Assembly (NCBI GenBank): GCA_964019425.1
Contig: OZ025794.1
Coordinates: 434,001 to 498,000, forward strand
DNA: 64,000 nt
Origin: Flectonema sp. DT1601
Taxonomy: Eukaryota
Direction: 5' to 3'
Below are positions 43,309 to 54,844 of the stretch, in pieces (position 1 is the stretch's first letter; each line of letters starts with the position of its first letter). The notes beneath the pieces were generated by a model that worked only from the letters and a program-made list of their open reading frames with translations, was not told the DNA's origin and did not search any database. The translations under genes and the position numbers were made by a program.

Positions 43309-44382
43309 ATGATACTTTAGTTCTTTTTTTCATTTTTTGTTGTATTTATTTTCATGTTCCCATAATAACGCTTTCCGTTATGGAAAGTTAATTTGATAAT
43401 TTGCCTACTGCAGTTGGAAAATGATGCTTACCATTCACCCTGTGATTGAAAAAATCCTTTTTGGAGACCGTGTGATATTTAAACCTGTTGTAGTTGATTT
43501 GATTTGAATTTTAAGATGATTTTCCCAACAGGGTTCATGCGTCAGAGCAAGTGAAACCTAGGAGGAAAAAAAAAAAAAAAACGTAACATCGAAAAGAACG
43601 AAGAAAAAAAAAAAAAAAACGTAAAAAATTAAAAAAAAAAAAACCCATGAAAAGAGGAAAAGGGAAAAAAAAAAAAATTTCCAAACAGAAAAACAAAAAC
43701 GTTTTTTTAAAAAGGTGAGTCCTTTTTACCCTACCGATCATTTCGTGTCCCAAGAGTGCTTAGTTTTTGAGTAAAATTATGTGAACGAATGCATTGCATC
43801 CCATGAAGTGCGTGTTTTTTTTTTTTCTATATTGTTTGTTGAAATGTGTCGCTGGCATTTGGGTAACCCTAGTATACCAATGTCTCTCTTCAACTGGGAT
43901 AAATCTAAAAAGCAACAGTGAACAGGGTTTCTCCCCCCAAGCTGTATTTGCATTATACTTGTCTCCGTCATGCGTCACCTGTAAGATCAATACTTTTTAG
44001 CGAAAAATAGAAAGAAATTTTGAAACAAGAAAAAAAAAAAAAAAAACGAATCAGTGTGTCTGTTTCCCCTACTGTGATTCTTTAATGGTCTGTAAAGGCA
44101 GAACAAAAAGGGGAAAAAAAAAAAAAAAAAAAGTGTTACTTTTTTTTTCTTTCTTTCTTCTTCTGATTTCTCTTTTTCCAGTCACAATCACGTTGTTTCC
44201 CCTTTCTAGGAATGGTTCCGTTGATATTGGCGACCGTTGACAATTCTTTTAGATAAAATAAATGAAAGGCGGTTACGTTTTGTCCCCCTCATTTCCATCC
44301 CACAGACACACATGATAGCACACATCAAAAAGAGATAGCATTTGATATATAGAAACTTATTATTTAAAACAGATATCCGAGC

Positions 44383-46746
44383 ATGAATACATTGCTGTTG
44401 CTTGTGGTATTGTTGAGCACAGCTCCGTGTCTGTTTGCAGCTGTGCTTACAGGAACCTTGTCACTGAATGGAACAGCAGGTGTGGAGTACACTCACAGTG
44501 TTATATCAGCTGATGGAAAGTGGGCTTTTGCAGCTGCTGGTCAAGGTGGTGTTCACGTAATTAACATTGAAAATATAAACATGCCGTGGTTTGCTTCTTC
44601 GTATCCATTTGTTGCTGAACGCGCTAATGAAGTTGCCGTTTTTGGAAGTTTTTTATTTGTTGCTGGAAGTGACGGGTTGAAGATCATGTCTGTGATAAGT
44701 CCATCGACTGGACCAACTTTATTATCTAACACGGCAATGGATGGATCCACGAGTGTTTGTTTTTCAAAAGACAATAAATATGTTTTTATTGCATTCTCAG
44801 CCGGTAGTGTCCGAATCATGGATCTGGACTTCGTTGATTCACCCGGACAGACTGTTGACATCACTCTCTCTATCGCAACTAACTTACCTGCGGCAGCAAA
44901 ACTAACCTGCACAGAGGAGGTTCTATTCTATGCTGCTGGTTCACGAGGAACTTTTATTATCGATATCAGAGACCCTCCTAAGATGAATACTTCCTCAATA
45001 TCATCTTCAACAATCGATGCCTTTTCAAACATGGTTGCTACCAACAACAATGGTACCATTTATGTGGCAAAAGATACCGGTGTTGGTTTCTATAACGTAA
45101 CTGGTCCAACTGAACCGCCCAGTCACTTGTACGATGCTCCCGGTGGTGGTCAGGTATGTGATTCTTTTTGTAAGACCCAATTCATTCATCTGCTTCTCGT
45201 CTCCCTTATGAGAATCCTTGTCCGTGTAATGGTATCCCCTGTTGCCCCTCAGCTACACTGATCGTAGTTCTTATGATTGGAATCGCCAGCATTGAATGGC
45301 TGAGTCTATGCGAGTTATAAATCAGTACAAAATTAGTAGTATTACCCAAAGGGTAGCAACAAAAAAAAAAAAAAAAAAACAGGTTGCTTGGTTGAAATTT
45401 GCCAACGGAGAACTTTCACTCGCAGACGCTACACCAATGGATGGAGGATTGCATACTGTTTATTTAACTAATAATCAAATTACTGCTTCAAGTCAACAAG
45501 GTGCAGCTTTTTGTGTTGACGTATTTGGTAATGTAGCAGTAGTTGCTATGGGAGGTGATGGATTAGATGTTTATGATGTAACTCCAGGGGTATCACCGCC
45601 ACCAGGAATTATGACACCGAATCCTCCTCCTGCAACAGCAATTCCAACAGAAATTCCTACGACTATTGCACCAACCACTGCTCCGACACTGGCTCCGACA
45701 CTGACTCCGACGATAACAGTTTCCCCAACTGTGACCCCTTCTACTGTTTCACCAACTGTAATTACACCAACTATAGTTCCAACCTTGTCACCAAATACCA
45801 CGGAGTCTACTTCTTCACCAAACACCACTATTCCTAGCACTATGTCACCTACCTTAGTACCAAATATTGGTTTGTTTTTTGTCTCTTGTTTATAATTATG
45901 ATTAATGAGGTTACAATACACGTTAAGCTTCCGTTGTGATAGTTAGCTAGTGGTTCTTATTTATTTTTTCTTCTTGTCTGCAATGAAACCTGTAAAAACT
46001 AAAAAAAGAGGAGATTCAGGAAAAAAAAACAAAAAACAGTGAGTAAATTTATACCACAAACTGGAGGATGTGGAGCATGGTCTGCCTCTACTGCAGATAC
46101 ACAAGGTAGTGTCGAACTGGTGCCGGGTGAATATGAGGGAGTAGGTGCTATGAAGATAACAGTATCAAGGAAATCAACAACAATTGTATGGATAGCATTA
46201 GGATTAGTGATAACTGGTGCTGGTGGAACTATTGATGTGATGATTGTGAAAGTCGATTCAGTCAACAACATTTGGATCGTACGAGATGCCTATCAAGAAT
46301 CCCTTGTAAGCGGTGATGGTCAGGAAGGTTTGTTTTACGAATCGCCGGTTGTGTCAAATGAGAACTCAGTAACCTTTTACAAACACTATGTAACAGCTGA
46401 AGTCACTGGTAATAGTAGCGCGAGAGACGCTAATTTCACAAACCTTTCTGGAAGGTCAATCATGCTTGATGTTGGAACTGTTTCTGAATCTGCTTCAATT
46501 CGTTCAGGTAGTCCTCCTATACTTTATACTGCTTGTTCTACACCAATACCTTCATCAGATGATGGTCAAGCAACACTAACTATAGTTCTCGTTCTGGTTA
46601 GTGTTGCAGTAGTCGCAGCTGTGGCAGGAGGGTATTACTTTCTGTCACCTGCTCGTGCAGATCCGACAGTAAATTTCAGTGATGCTGTTGAGCTCCTTGA
46701 GAGTCATCATCATTCCGTTAAGAGTCCTAAGAAATTACCAGCCTGA
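44383..46746 (+). CDS. Type I membrane/surface protein: signal peptide, LVIVD-like beta repeats, Pro/Thr stalk, DOMON-like domain, TM helix (~654 aa); exons 44383-45153, 45383-45869, 46040-46746
   Basis: Repeats such as WAFAAAGQGGVHVINIEN, LFVAGSDGLKIMSV, GTFIIDIRDP, GLDVYDV; PTT/SPT-rich stalk; WIALG...D......VRDAY; TM LTIVLVLVSVAVVAAVAGG. Introns 45154-45382 and 45870-46039. Confidence 0.8.
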
Positions 46747-48089
46747 AAGCATTATCCAATTACACATTGGTGATCAAGTTTGATTGTAGTAATTAGAAAA
46801 AGAAAGTAGTAATTATTTGGGTGTAGAACATGGTGTGGTCTTCCTAAGGTCTGCACTCCTGATAATTATATTTTGTATAATAACAAGTGAAAATTGTCGG
46901 CAGCAGAAAAACTTAGTGTGCTGGCGGCGTCTGTGTCTGTTATTTCCTTGGAAATTATTTGATCACACTAAGTGCGGACAAACAAAAGCTCTTTTAGAAC
47001 GTTTCGGATGCCTCATTTGGAGGAAGCAGTAGTCGCAACAAGATTTCTGCAGGTCAATACCAAAGTCGAATTCTGTTAGTCAGCCAGCCTTGGCAAGACC
47101 GAACTAGTTTTCTTTTGCTGATGTGTCTTTCCTGAATAGAAGAAGCTGAACATCAATTTTTTTTTTTTTTTTTTTTTTTTGTTGTTTAAAATGGTTTTAT
47201 CGGTTTTGTTATTGCTGTTGTTTCAAGTGACTTCCTTGAAGGAAAAAACTACATAGAAATTACCCTTTTTTTTCCATTAAAACCAAATCAGCCCATTTCA
47301 TTGTTTTTAATGGATATTAGGTAATTTTCACCATGGCGTGTATGTCTATGGAAATGACCCTAAAATACAGTTTGATTTGCCTTTCTTCTAGCTTATACAG
47401 TGCGTAGTAGTTGTTAATAATTAGAGTTTTTGTTTTTGTCTTAAAATCGGGAACTTTAATATGGAATATCTGAAATGGTGTCTCGGATTAAGAATCAACA
47501 CTGACCGAGAGAATCGATCCCCTTATTAATCCATGCTTTATCTTACAAGATGGACGCCTGTTTTAGACACGCTGATCGTTTCACATAAACATTGGTTGTT
47601 GGTTCTTTTTCCAATTCCCTTTCTCGGATTGGGTTAGAAATATCTGAAAAGTTTAATTATTCAGATCAATCCAGTTTGTTCTTCTTCTTCTTCTTTTTTT
47701 TTTTTTTTGAATCAAATATCTAATAGAATATCTGTAAAGGAAAGCTATATTGTATAATTATCCTTGCAGATGAATCGATGCATTCCATTTTCCATTTTGT
47801 TTTCTCAGTTTTGTTCTTATTCTGTCTTGTAAGCACTTTTATTTTTTCCCTTCTACTTATGTTCATTCAGTTGTAGAAGACAATCTTTTTTGTAAAACCA
47901 TAGCGTAGCGCTAAGTTAATTTCTTTTAGAAAATAATTTATTTTTTTGAGTTGATAGGTTCTTAGTTAACAATAATATTCTTTTTCAAGTCAGTCACCCT
48001 TTGCCATATATGAAGGTTAATAATGTTTGTGGTTGTGAATCAGTCTTAATTAATAATAATTCTTTTTCAACCAGTCACCCTATATCAAT

Positions 48090-51000
48090 ATGAGTGTTAA
48101 TGGGGTTGAGTTAGCTGAAATTAACCCAGCTGTACAATCTCCAACAGAACCATGGAAAGGTGTAGCCCTAGTTGCTGGGATTGATACTTTTGAGGGTGGT
48201 TGGAAGAGTCCATTAGCACATGCAAAAACTGATGCACGACTGGTCGGTGAAGCGTTTAACAATGTCGGGTTCGATCTGGTGGGCGACATCAGTAACGAAG
48301 TTCATTACACTCAAACAGATCGATCAATTAGAAAGTGTGGCGAGTTGTCATTTTGGGAGATTCAAAAATGTTGTAAACACTTTATCCAACAAGTAGGTAA
48401 TGGGATTTTTATATTTTACTTATCAACTAGAGCTGATTGGACCATTGCTGGAAAGTCAGGTCCTCCAGACGCGTTGTGTACTTACGAAGAAGGAGCAGCA
48501 ATAAAGATAGAAGAGTTCATCGAAAAACTAAGCGAATTAGCAGCGGCAACAAACCCTGCCGCAACAACAGTAGTAATTCTTGACTTAGCAGTTAGTAGAC
48601 AAGTAGACACAACTAAACTACCCAACTTATCTGATCGTTGTTCTCCACGTTTTGGTGTCATGCTTTCAATGACCCCGACTGAATCACCAATATTTACTCT
48701 CAAGTTCCTTGAGTCTCTGTACACCTTAGTACGTACTCAGTCTGAAGTTAACCTTAAAAAGATAGCATGGACGGCAGAAATTAACACGCACTTGTCGAAC
48801 ATTGCTGGTCGTTGTCACTTACGTGACAGGGCCATTACTGCTGAAAAAATGAGAACTTGGTTGTATCCCTCATGGGTTCCTGTTACCTGCGCACAAACAC
48901 CAGAAGATTCGGCGCTTACAATGTCGTTGGTGAGACCTGGATTTCCTGTTCGGAATGAAGATGATGTGTTGTTGTTGATTTCGTTGACAAAGAAAATTGA
49001 AGTTTTAGAAGGCGGTTATGATCGACTGCATGAAAAACTCGACGAACTAGACGCAGTTCTAAGCACCAACGGCCAACGTTCTATCGTAGCAATGCAACCT
49101 CTGCAAGCTGTAGTAGTCAGTCAGGTATCTGCCTCACCTCTATCAGCTTGGGATATGTTTAGAAATGTTTACCAGCTTCATAGTACTGAACTCCTTTTAC
49201 ATGAGCAGGATGCTTCTGAAGGAGCAAACGCAATGGGTGTTTACTTTAAATTTGGGGAAGTGTATGACCCGACAAGTCCCGTTTACAATGCAAAAGCAGA
49301 GTGGACAAACCTTGAAAATGTTTACTGTGAAGTGATGAGACGTGGAATGCCTTTTGCATTTAGTTCTGGGACTACAGAAGATGAAAGTTTAAAAGTGAGA
49401 TCATTGTCTGTTCGATTAGAGGCGGTGTTTAAAACGTCGCTAAGTTGTCACATTCGTATGCTTGCAGAGAGTAGAACACCATCTTGTGCAACTGAATTAC
49501 TAACAGACTCAACTAGTGGATTCTTAACAATGGAGATAACAAAACTAGCTGGGGTACCTGCACCTCACCAAACTGGAGTTCGCATGCGTGCTGACTCTAA
49601 GTACACCCAAAAACAAAAAAGTCGAAAACAACTTGCAGAGCGCATGGACATGACTCGCGCTCTTGGGTCTAACCAACAAGGACTTGCAGTACCGAATACT
49701 GCACATGATACTCTGGCAGCATGGCTTGCTGTTCCTCAAGAAATTCAGATAGAAGCATGCATTAGAATCCAATCAGTTTTTAGAATGTTTTCAGTCAGAA
49801 AAATGTACAGATCACTGATTTATCAATGCGGAGACAACGCCCCTCTCAATGGTAGAGACATGCGTAAATGTGTTAGAAATTGGCTTCTGGCTGTCTCAAA
49901 AGTTTATCACTGGAGACCTTTAAGCAGAAGAGTAGTAGCAACGTGTAATAGTGGATTACCTCCTGATTTGGTTGGGTCATACCGTAATGGTTTTGAACTT
50001 TGGAAAAGAAATGTAGTTCGAATTAGAGATGAGATCAAATCAGCAGTCTCTGAAATATCAGGAATACCTCTTGAACTCGTCCATGTAGATTCCGTAAACG
50101 GCCCACGAATTGGAGGAACCCTCACCATAGCTCTCAGGTGTTACGCAAATTGGACTGGTCCAGGAAATGCTATCCCAGCAGAAGTTCAAAACGAACTCGA
50201 AGCTTATGTCCCTCAATTGATTAGCACTCTTCAAAATGAAACTATTGTTGCTCGCTATGGAGTATTTGATGTAAAAGAAGCTTCTCAAAGAAAAATGTTT
50301 GGTCTTGAGAGAAACAAAAATCTTCGTGAAATGAAACTAGCTGACGCAGTCCAATTAGTACTGACGGGTAGAACTGATTCTGTTTATCAGCCTCCATGCT
50401 TACCAGGAGTTGCTAGAAGAGGTTTAGAATACGGACTTAATCCTAGTAGACTTGCTACTCTTGAGGCTACTGTACTTAACATCTTAGTAGCTGATCAAGA
50501 TGGAGGAACTATTCCTGATGGATGGCGTAGAAGAGTTTTGGAAGCTCCATTACTCCCTGGACCTGCAAAGTGTCAAGCGCCACCAATTGACAGAAATGGA
50601 CGTTCAGCAGAATCCATCGAACGAAGCCGTCAATTTATGCACTTCAAGGACGTTTATAATGTCATCTATGTTGCAAGACTTCGAGGTAAGAAGGCTGTCG
50701 AATACGAAGTCCCAGGAGTCCGTCAATTAGACAAAACACCACTCATCCTGTACAGTAGATATTGGGCAGATAAAGGTTACTTAGATGATCATTTAGAAGA
50801 CTTTTACGAGCAAGATCCCAGCATTGTTAATTTATGTTTCATGCCGACAGTCGCATTGATGAACACATTAAAACGTGCATACTACATTCATTTATTTCAT
50901 GGGATTATGATGACCACATTTAAATTAGGCAAAGCCTGGTACGTCAAGCTACTGGCTGTCCTCTGTGCTGGTGTACTTGCAATTGCTACCTTTTTGGTGT

Positions 51001-52646
51001 TTTTGGCCCCTAGATGGTGTGCGGCTCTCATATCACAGATGTACCTTGCTAGTGCAGGGAAACTCAGCCAAGAACTAATGGTTTCATGGTTACTTATATA
51101 TGTGTTTGCATTATTGTTTGCTTTAGCATTGTACGGATCATACACAATGACAATAAGAAGTTTATTCGCTTTGAGATGTCGAATGCTGTTGGTTTACTTA
51201 TGTGGAACATATAGTCGTATAATACCGTCGTCGTTGTCTCAAGAACTTCGTAACCATGATTTGAGATTATTAGTCACTATGTTCTTTGAATACATTCCAG
51301 CGTTTTGTGCTGCTATGATCCTAATGATAGGATCACTAGCAACGATAACTGCGCAGAATGTGAAGTTGGGAATTACATCTCTGTGTTTTATATGTATGAA
51401 AACCATCATGCATGCTTGCTATGATAAGTTTATGATCCGACACATGACTGCTGTCAGACACATCGAAGAAGAAGAACAAGTTCGATGGGTTACCCTCAGA
51501 GGCAGACGTGGCGCACAAGGAGCTGTCTCAGCCCAGGCTGCAGATGATCATCAAATGAGATTAGTTATTTTTGCTAAAGAAAAACGTGAAATTAACATCT
51601 CGAATATGATGGTACACACCTTTATTGCAGTCCTTGATTGGTGTTTGTTCTTCATCTTTCCTGTATTCTACTTATACGTTGCATGTCACAGTGTTGGTGA
51701 ACCTGGAGACAGCGGTGAACAAATGAGCCAAGAAGTAGAAGATATTCCCTACTGCTTCTTTTACTTAATAATGTTATTCCTATCATGGAAGATAATGATG
51801 GCAGCATCAGTAGCAGTAGTTGAGGCTAGGCCTATGGTGATTAGACTAATGACTATTATATTATCGATTCCACTATCTCAACAAGATAAGGCAGAGATGG
51901 AACATGCTATTGAAGAAGACGACACATATCTAGCAGATAAGTTACAAGCTCAAAGACATCAACCAAACCAACGTTCCGGCGATGATATTGAAATGCAACG
52001 TCGAGAAGAAGGAAATCAACAAGACAATCCAAATGGTATTTCAGTTTCACAATCTGGAGTTTATAGAAAACGATTACTACTTCACTTTGATTGGTTAGGC
52101 GCCATTATTAATGAGCATCCAATGTCAATGTGGTTGTTATATTTAATTGGAGTTATTTATTTAGTTTTCATATTCTTAATTGCGGCGTTTGTATCAACTT
52201 CTTGGGAGTCTGGATGTGAAACAATCAAAGCAAGCTGTAGGATAATGGATACAGAAATATACGCGAACATTAGCGGATCTGAGTTTATTGAAATGCCTCA
52301 AGAAGGATTGTTTCCAGCAGGTTGTGAACTAAGACACCCTATTGCTTATTCTTTAAGAATTTGCGCTCAATTTTTGAAGCGAAAAGCCGTCGATCTTGGC
52401 GTGAGAGATTCAGGTTCCGGATCCCTTCACGCTATAATTGAGTATAACACATGGCAAGCAGGTCCTGTGGGTTTTCATAAAAGATTTTCTTGGAACCTAA
52501 CCCACCCAAACACCTGTCCAGAACAATCAGATGGCTCACCATGGATTCACCACCGTGCATTAGATATTGATGAACTTGATAAGGAGGAAGAGTTAAGAAA
52601 TACTTTTCACAGTATTTGCTTTGAAAATGTAACCAAAACACCATAA
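48090..52646 (+). CDS. 1518-aa multi-pass membrane protein with an N-terminal degenerate caspase-family (C14-like) domain and an IQ motif
   Basis: KGVALVAGID..., LAHAKTDARLVGEAFNNVGF, IFIFYLSTRA, VVILDLA; IQSVFRMFSVRK; about 6+1 hydrophobic helices in the C-terminal third. Confidence 0.8.
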   Translation: MSVNGVELAEINPAVQSPTEPWKGVALVAGIDTFEGGWKSPLAHAKTDARLVGEAFNNVGFDLVGDISNEVHYTQTDRSIRKCGELSFWEIQKCCKHFIQQVGNGIFIFYLSTRADWTIAGKSGPPDALCTYEEGAAIKIEEFIEKLSELAAATNPAATTVVILDLAVSRQVDTTKLPNLSDRCSPRFGVMLSMTPTESPIFTLKFLESLYTLVRTQSEVNLKKIAWTAEINTHLSNIAGRCHLRDRAITAEKMRTWLYPSWVPVTCAQTPEDSALTMSLVRPGFPVRNEDDVLLLISLTKKIEVLEGGYDRLHEKLDELDAVLSTNGQRSIVAMQPLQAVVVSQVSASPLSAWDMFRNVYQLHSTELLLHEQDASEGANAMGVYFKFGEVYDPTSPVYNAKAEWTNLENVYCEVMRRGMPFAFSSGTTEDESLKVRSLSVRLEAVFKTSLSCHIRMLAESRTPSCATELLTDSTSGFLTMEITKLAGVPAPHQTGVRMRADSKYTQKQKSRKQLAERMDMTRALGSNQQGLAVPNTAHDTLAAWLAVPQEIQIEACIRIQSVFRMFSVRKMYRSLIYQCGDNAPLNGRDMRKCVRNWLLAVSKVYHWRPLSRRVVATCNSGLPPDLVGSYRNGFELWKRNVVRIRDEIKSAVSEISGIPLELVHVDSVNGPRIGGTLTIALRCYANWTGPGNAIPAEVQNELEAYVPQLISTLQNETIVARYGVFDVKEASQRKMFGLERNKNLREMKLADAVQLVLTGRTDSVYQPPCLPGVARRGLEYGLNPSRLATLEATVLNILVADQDGGTIPDGWRRRVLEAPLLPGPAKCQAPPIDRNGRSAESIERSRQFMHFKDVYNVIYVARLRGKKAVEYEVPGVRQLDKTPLILYSRYWADKGYLDDHLEDFYEQDPSIVNLCFMPTVALMNTLKRAYYIHLFHGIMMTTFKLGKAWYVKLLAVLCAGVLAIATFLVFLAPRWCAALISQMYLASAGKLSQELMVSWLLIYVFALLFALALYGSYTMTIRSLFALRCRMLLVYLCGTYSRIIPSSLSQELRNHDLRLLVTMFFEYIPAFCAAMILMIGSLATITAQNVKLGITSLCFICMKTIMHACYDKFMIRHMTAVRHIEEEEQVRWVTLRGRRGAQGAVSAQAADDHQMRLVIFAKEKREINISNMMVHTFIAVLDWCLFFIFPVFYLYVACHSVGEPGDSGEQMSQEVEDIPYCFFYLIMLFLSWKIMMAASVAVVEARPMVIRLMTIILSIPLSQQDKAEMEHAIEEDDTYLADKLQAQRHQPNQRSGDDIEMQRREEGNQQDNPNGISVSQSGVYRKRLLLHFDWLGAIINEHPMSMWLLYLIGVIYLVFIFLIAAFVSTSWESGCETIKASCRIMDTEIYANISGSEFIEMPQEGLFPAGCELRHPIAYSLRICAQFLKRKAVDLGVRDSGSGSLHAIIEYNTWQAGPVGFHKRFSWNLTHPNTCPEQSDGSPWIHHRALDIDELDKEEELRNTFHSICFENVTKTP

Positions 52647-53809
52647 GTTATTCTAGCTAAAGTGGTATTCTGGTTTTGATAAATTAATTAAATATAATGA
52701 TGGATTCTTACCTTAGCTGTGGCACCATTGCTTTGTAAGAAAAATTGCTCCATCATAGTTGTTTCTGAAGTTTTGCATGGAATTCAATATGCGCGACGAA
52801 TCTGGTTAGTTTGTGTGATTCTGTTTTTTTTTCTTTTTTTAACCCCCTTTTTTTTCCGTTAAAAAAAAGGAGAGTTTGTGACGTTTTTTTTTTTTTTAAA
52901 ATTTCTTTTTTTATCTTTTTCGTCTGGCTTCGTTTTTCTTGCCTGTCGTGTCATCTTGGCTGAGATTTAGTTATAGTTTCTTTTTTCTTTTCCAGTAAGA
53001 ATTTGATATTTTTCATTCCTCTTGTGGTATATTAAAAGGCTTTTTTTTATTGACTGTCATCACCCTTTTGGAGAAAATCATTTTCTACAAGACAAAAGGT
53101 ACCTGAGATTGGTATTTCAGATTATTTGAGAAGAGAAGTGAATTAGAAAGCCTTCTTTTGGTCAACTTGTATATGTCTTCGATGGTAACAATCAAAGCAT
53201 TAGACAACAAGAAATAGAATTTCGATGTGAAACAAATTTTCGCAAACACAATAATACCTAATAAAACTTATTTGTATAATTTATTTTTCTTTTTTCGTTT
53301 TCGTTTTTTTTGTTTCCCACTTTTCTTTTCTTTATATAGGTATTGGTTAGTTGCGTAAAGAGATAATTGGATTGAAAAATATTAAAAATAAAAAAAAAAT
53401 GAATAAATATAAGGAATTCTCCGAGAGTCAAAAAGTGTTTCGTGTCATGCAAAGTCTCATCGCGGCATTCCCTTCTGTCTGCATATATCAGGTCACTCCG
53501 TGTTCTTACATGGATGTTTGCTTGACATACTGGGAAATTCTGCTGATAGAAAATTGCACCCTGTCTTCGTTGTGTTCCCCCCCCCCAAAGTCTGTCATTC
53601 GTAACCAAAAACACTCCCCTGCTTCCTCTTTTTAAAAGTTTAGCGATTTATTTCACGTCTCATTGTTAGTTAATTATGTTATTTTCATTTCTGCTAGCAA
53701 CGTGTCCTCAAATAAAAGTTTGTAGATGATCACTCCATTGCAATTGCTGTTCCATTTTTACGGTCGTCCATACAAACGATGTTTTCTTCAAAACAGGTAA
53801 ATTACTTTT

Positions 53810-54151
53810 ATGTCGAAATCTCGTAAGAAGAAATGTTCCAAACAGATCCAGCGATTAGTAACAACGAGAACTAAACTATTCAACTGTCCAACCTGTCAAA
53901 ACTCATTCACAAAATTGAGTAAATTTGAAAAGCACATGATTGGCTCATCGTCGTCATGTAAATCAGAGAATTCCACTGAGATATTTAAAGCAGCTATTGA
54001 GAAGGCAGGTAAATTAAAAATAAAATTAAAAAGTAAGAATTCCGAATGGAATAACACACCCACTAATACTAATAAACAGCACTCATTATCTGAAAAAGCT
54101 AATGCGGTGATCGTTGATCATTTAGGCGATGAAATGAAAGAAGCAATGTAG
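53810..54151 (+). CDS. Small zinc-finger-like protein (113 aa)
   Basis: FNCPTCQNSFTKLSKFEKH has C2H2-type spacing with the last ligand possibly Cys; acceptor ttttcttcaaaacAG at 53796. Confidence 0.65.
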   Translation: MSKSRKKKCSKQIQRLVTTRTKLFNCPTCQNSFTKLSKFEKHMIGSSSSCKSENSTEIFKAAIEKAGKLKIKLKSKNSEWNNTPTNTNKQHSLSEKANAVIVDHLGDEMKEAM

Positions 54152-54261
54152 TCTGCTGTCACTATTATGACAATTGAAAAAAAAAAAAAAAAGAAAAAGT
54201 AATTCTCCCCAATCGCAGTAGGTTCATTCATTGAAAATAAAATAAAATAAAATAAAAAGAT

Positions 54262-54615
54262 ATGTCAACAAATGATGATCACGACGCGATTATTGCTGCA
54301 GCGAATCCTGCAAAACTAAAAGAACTACTTCTCGACAAGGGTTCCTTTATTACAGTATGTGATGATGCTATGGAAGATTTAGGAGGTAAGATATCATCAC
54401 CAATAGATTTGTTGAAGGCGTTAAATTTTATTGCCAACGCCGCTGATACTGCAGACGTCGATGCAGAAGAAGCAGATGACATGTTTTTACCTGATTTAAC
54501 TCTTATCGAGTTTCGACATTTAGCGCAGAATTACTTTTCTTCATTGGCAACTACTCTTGATGAAGAAGACAACTGGGGTGGTCTCGTGCCCAAGAATGTA
54601 GACAACGAAGAATAA
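54262..54615 (+). CDS. Small acidic hypothetical protein (117 aa), weakly EF-hand-like
   Basis: Clean ATG after an A-rich leader; acidic helical composition; LTLIEFRHL resembles an EF-hand exit helix. Confidence 0.6.
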   Translation: MSTNDDHDAIIAAANPAKLKELLLDKGSFITVCDDAMEDLGGKISSPIDLLKALNFIANAADTADVDAEEADDMFLPDLTLIEFRHLAQNYFSSLATTLDEEDNWGGLVPKNVDNEE

Positions 54616-54844
54616 CGCCATCACTGTATTTCCCTACAAACAGTCAAAAGGGATTTGTTTCGTTTCAATTACTTTGGGTGTGTGTTCCCCGTGTTGCTTA
54701 TTTCAGTCACACTTGAGATCTATCGTGTGCTTGCTATTTAGTTGTTTTTTTTTTTTTTTGAAAATGTTTATTTATATCTTAGTATCTCATCTCAGGATTG
54801 GAACGAAAATAGTACTCAACGGGATTGCGAAGGCTTAGCCACCG

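Noticed and set aside
53101..53635. Possible extra exon or minus-strand gene
   Set aside because: Frames checked by hand gave no start/splice combination yielding a credible protein.
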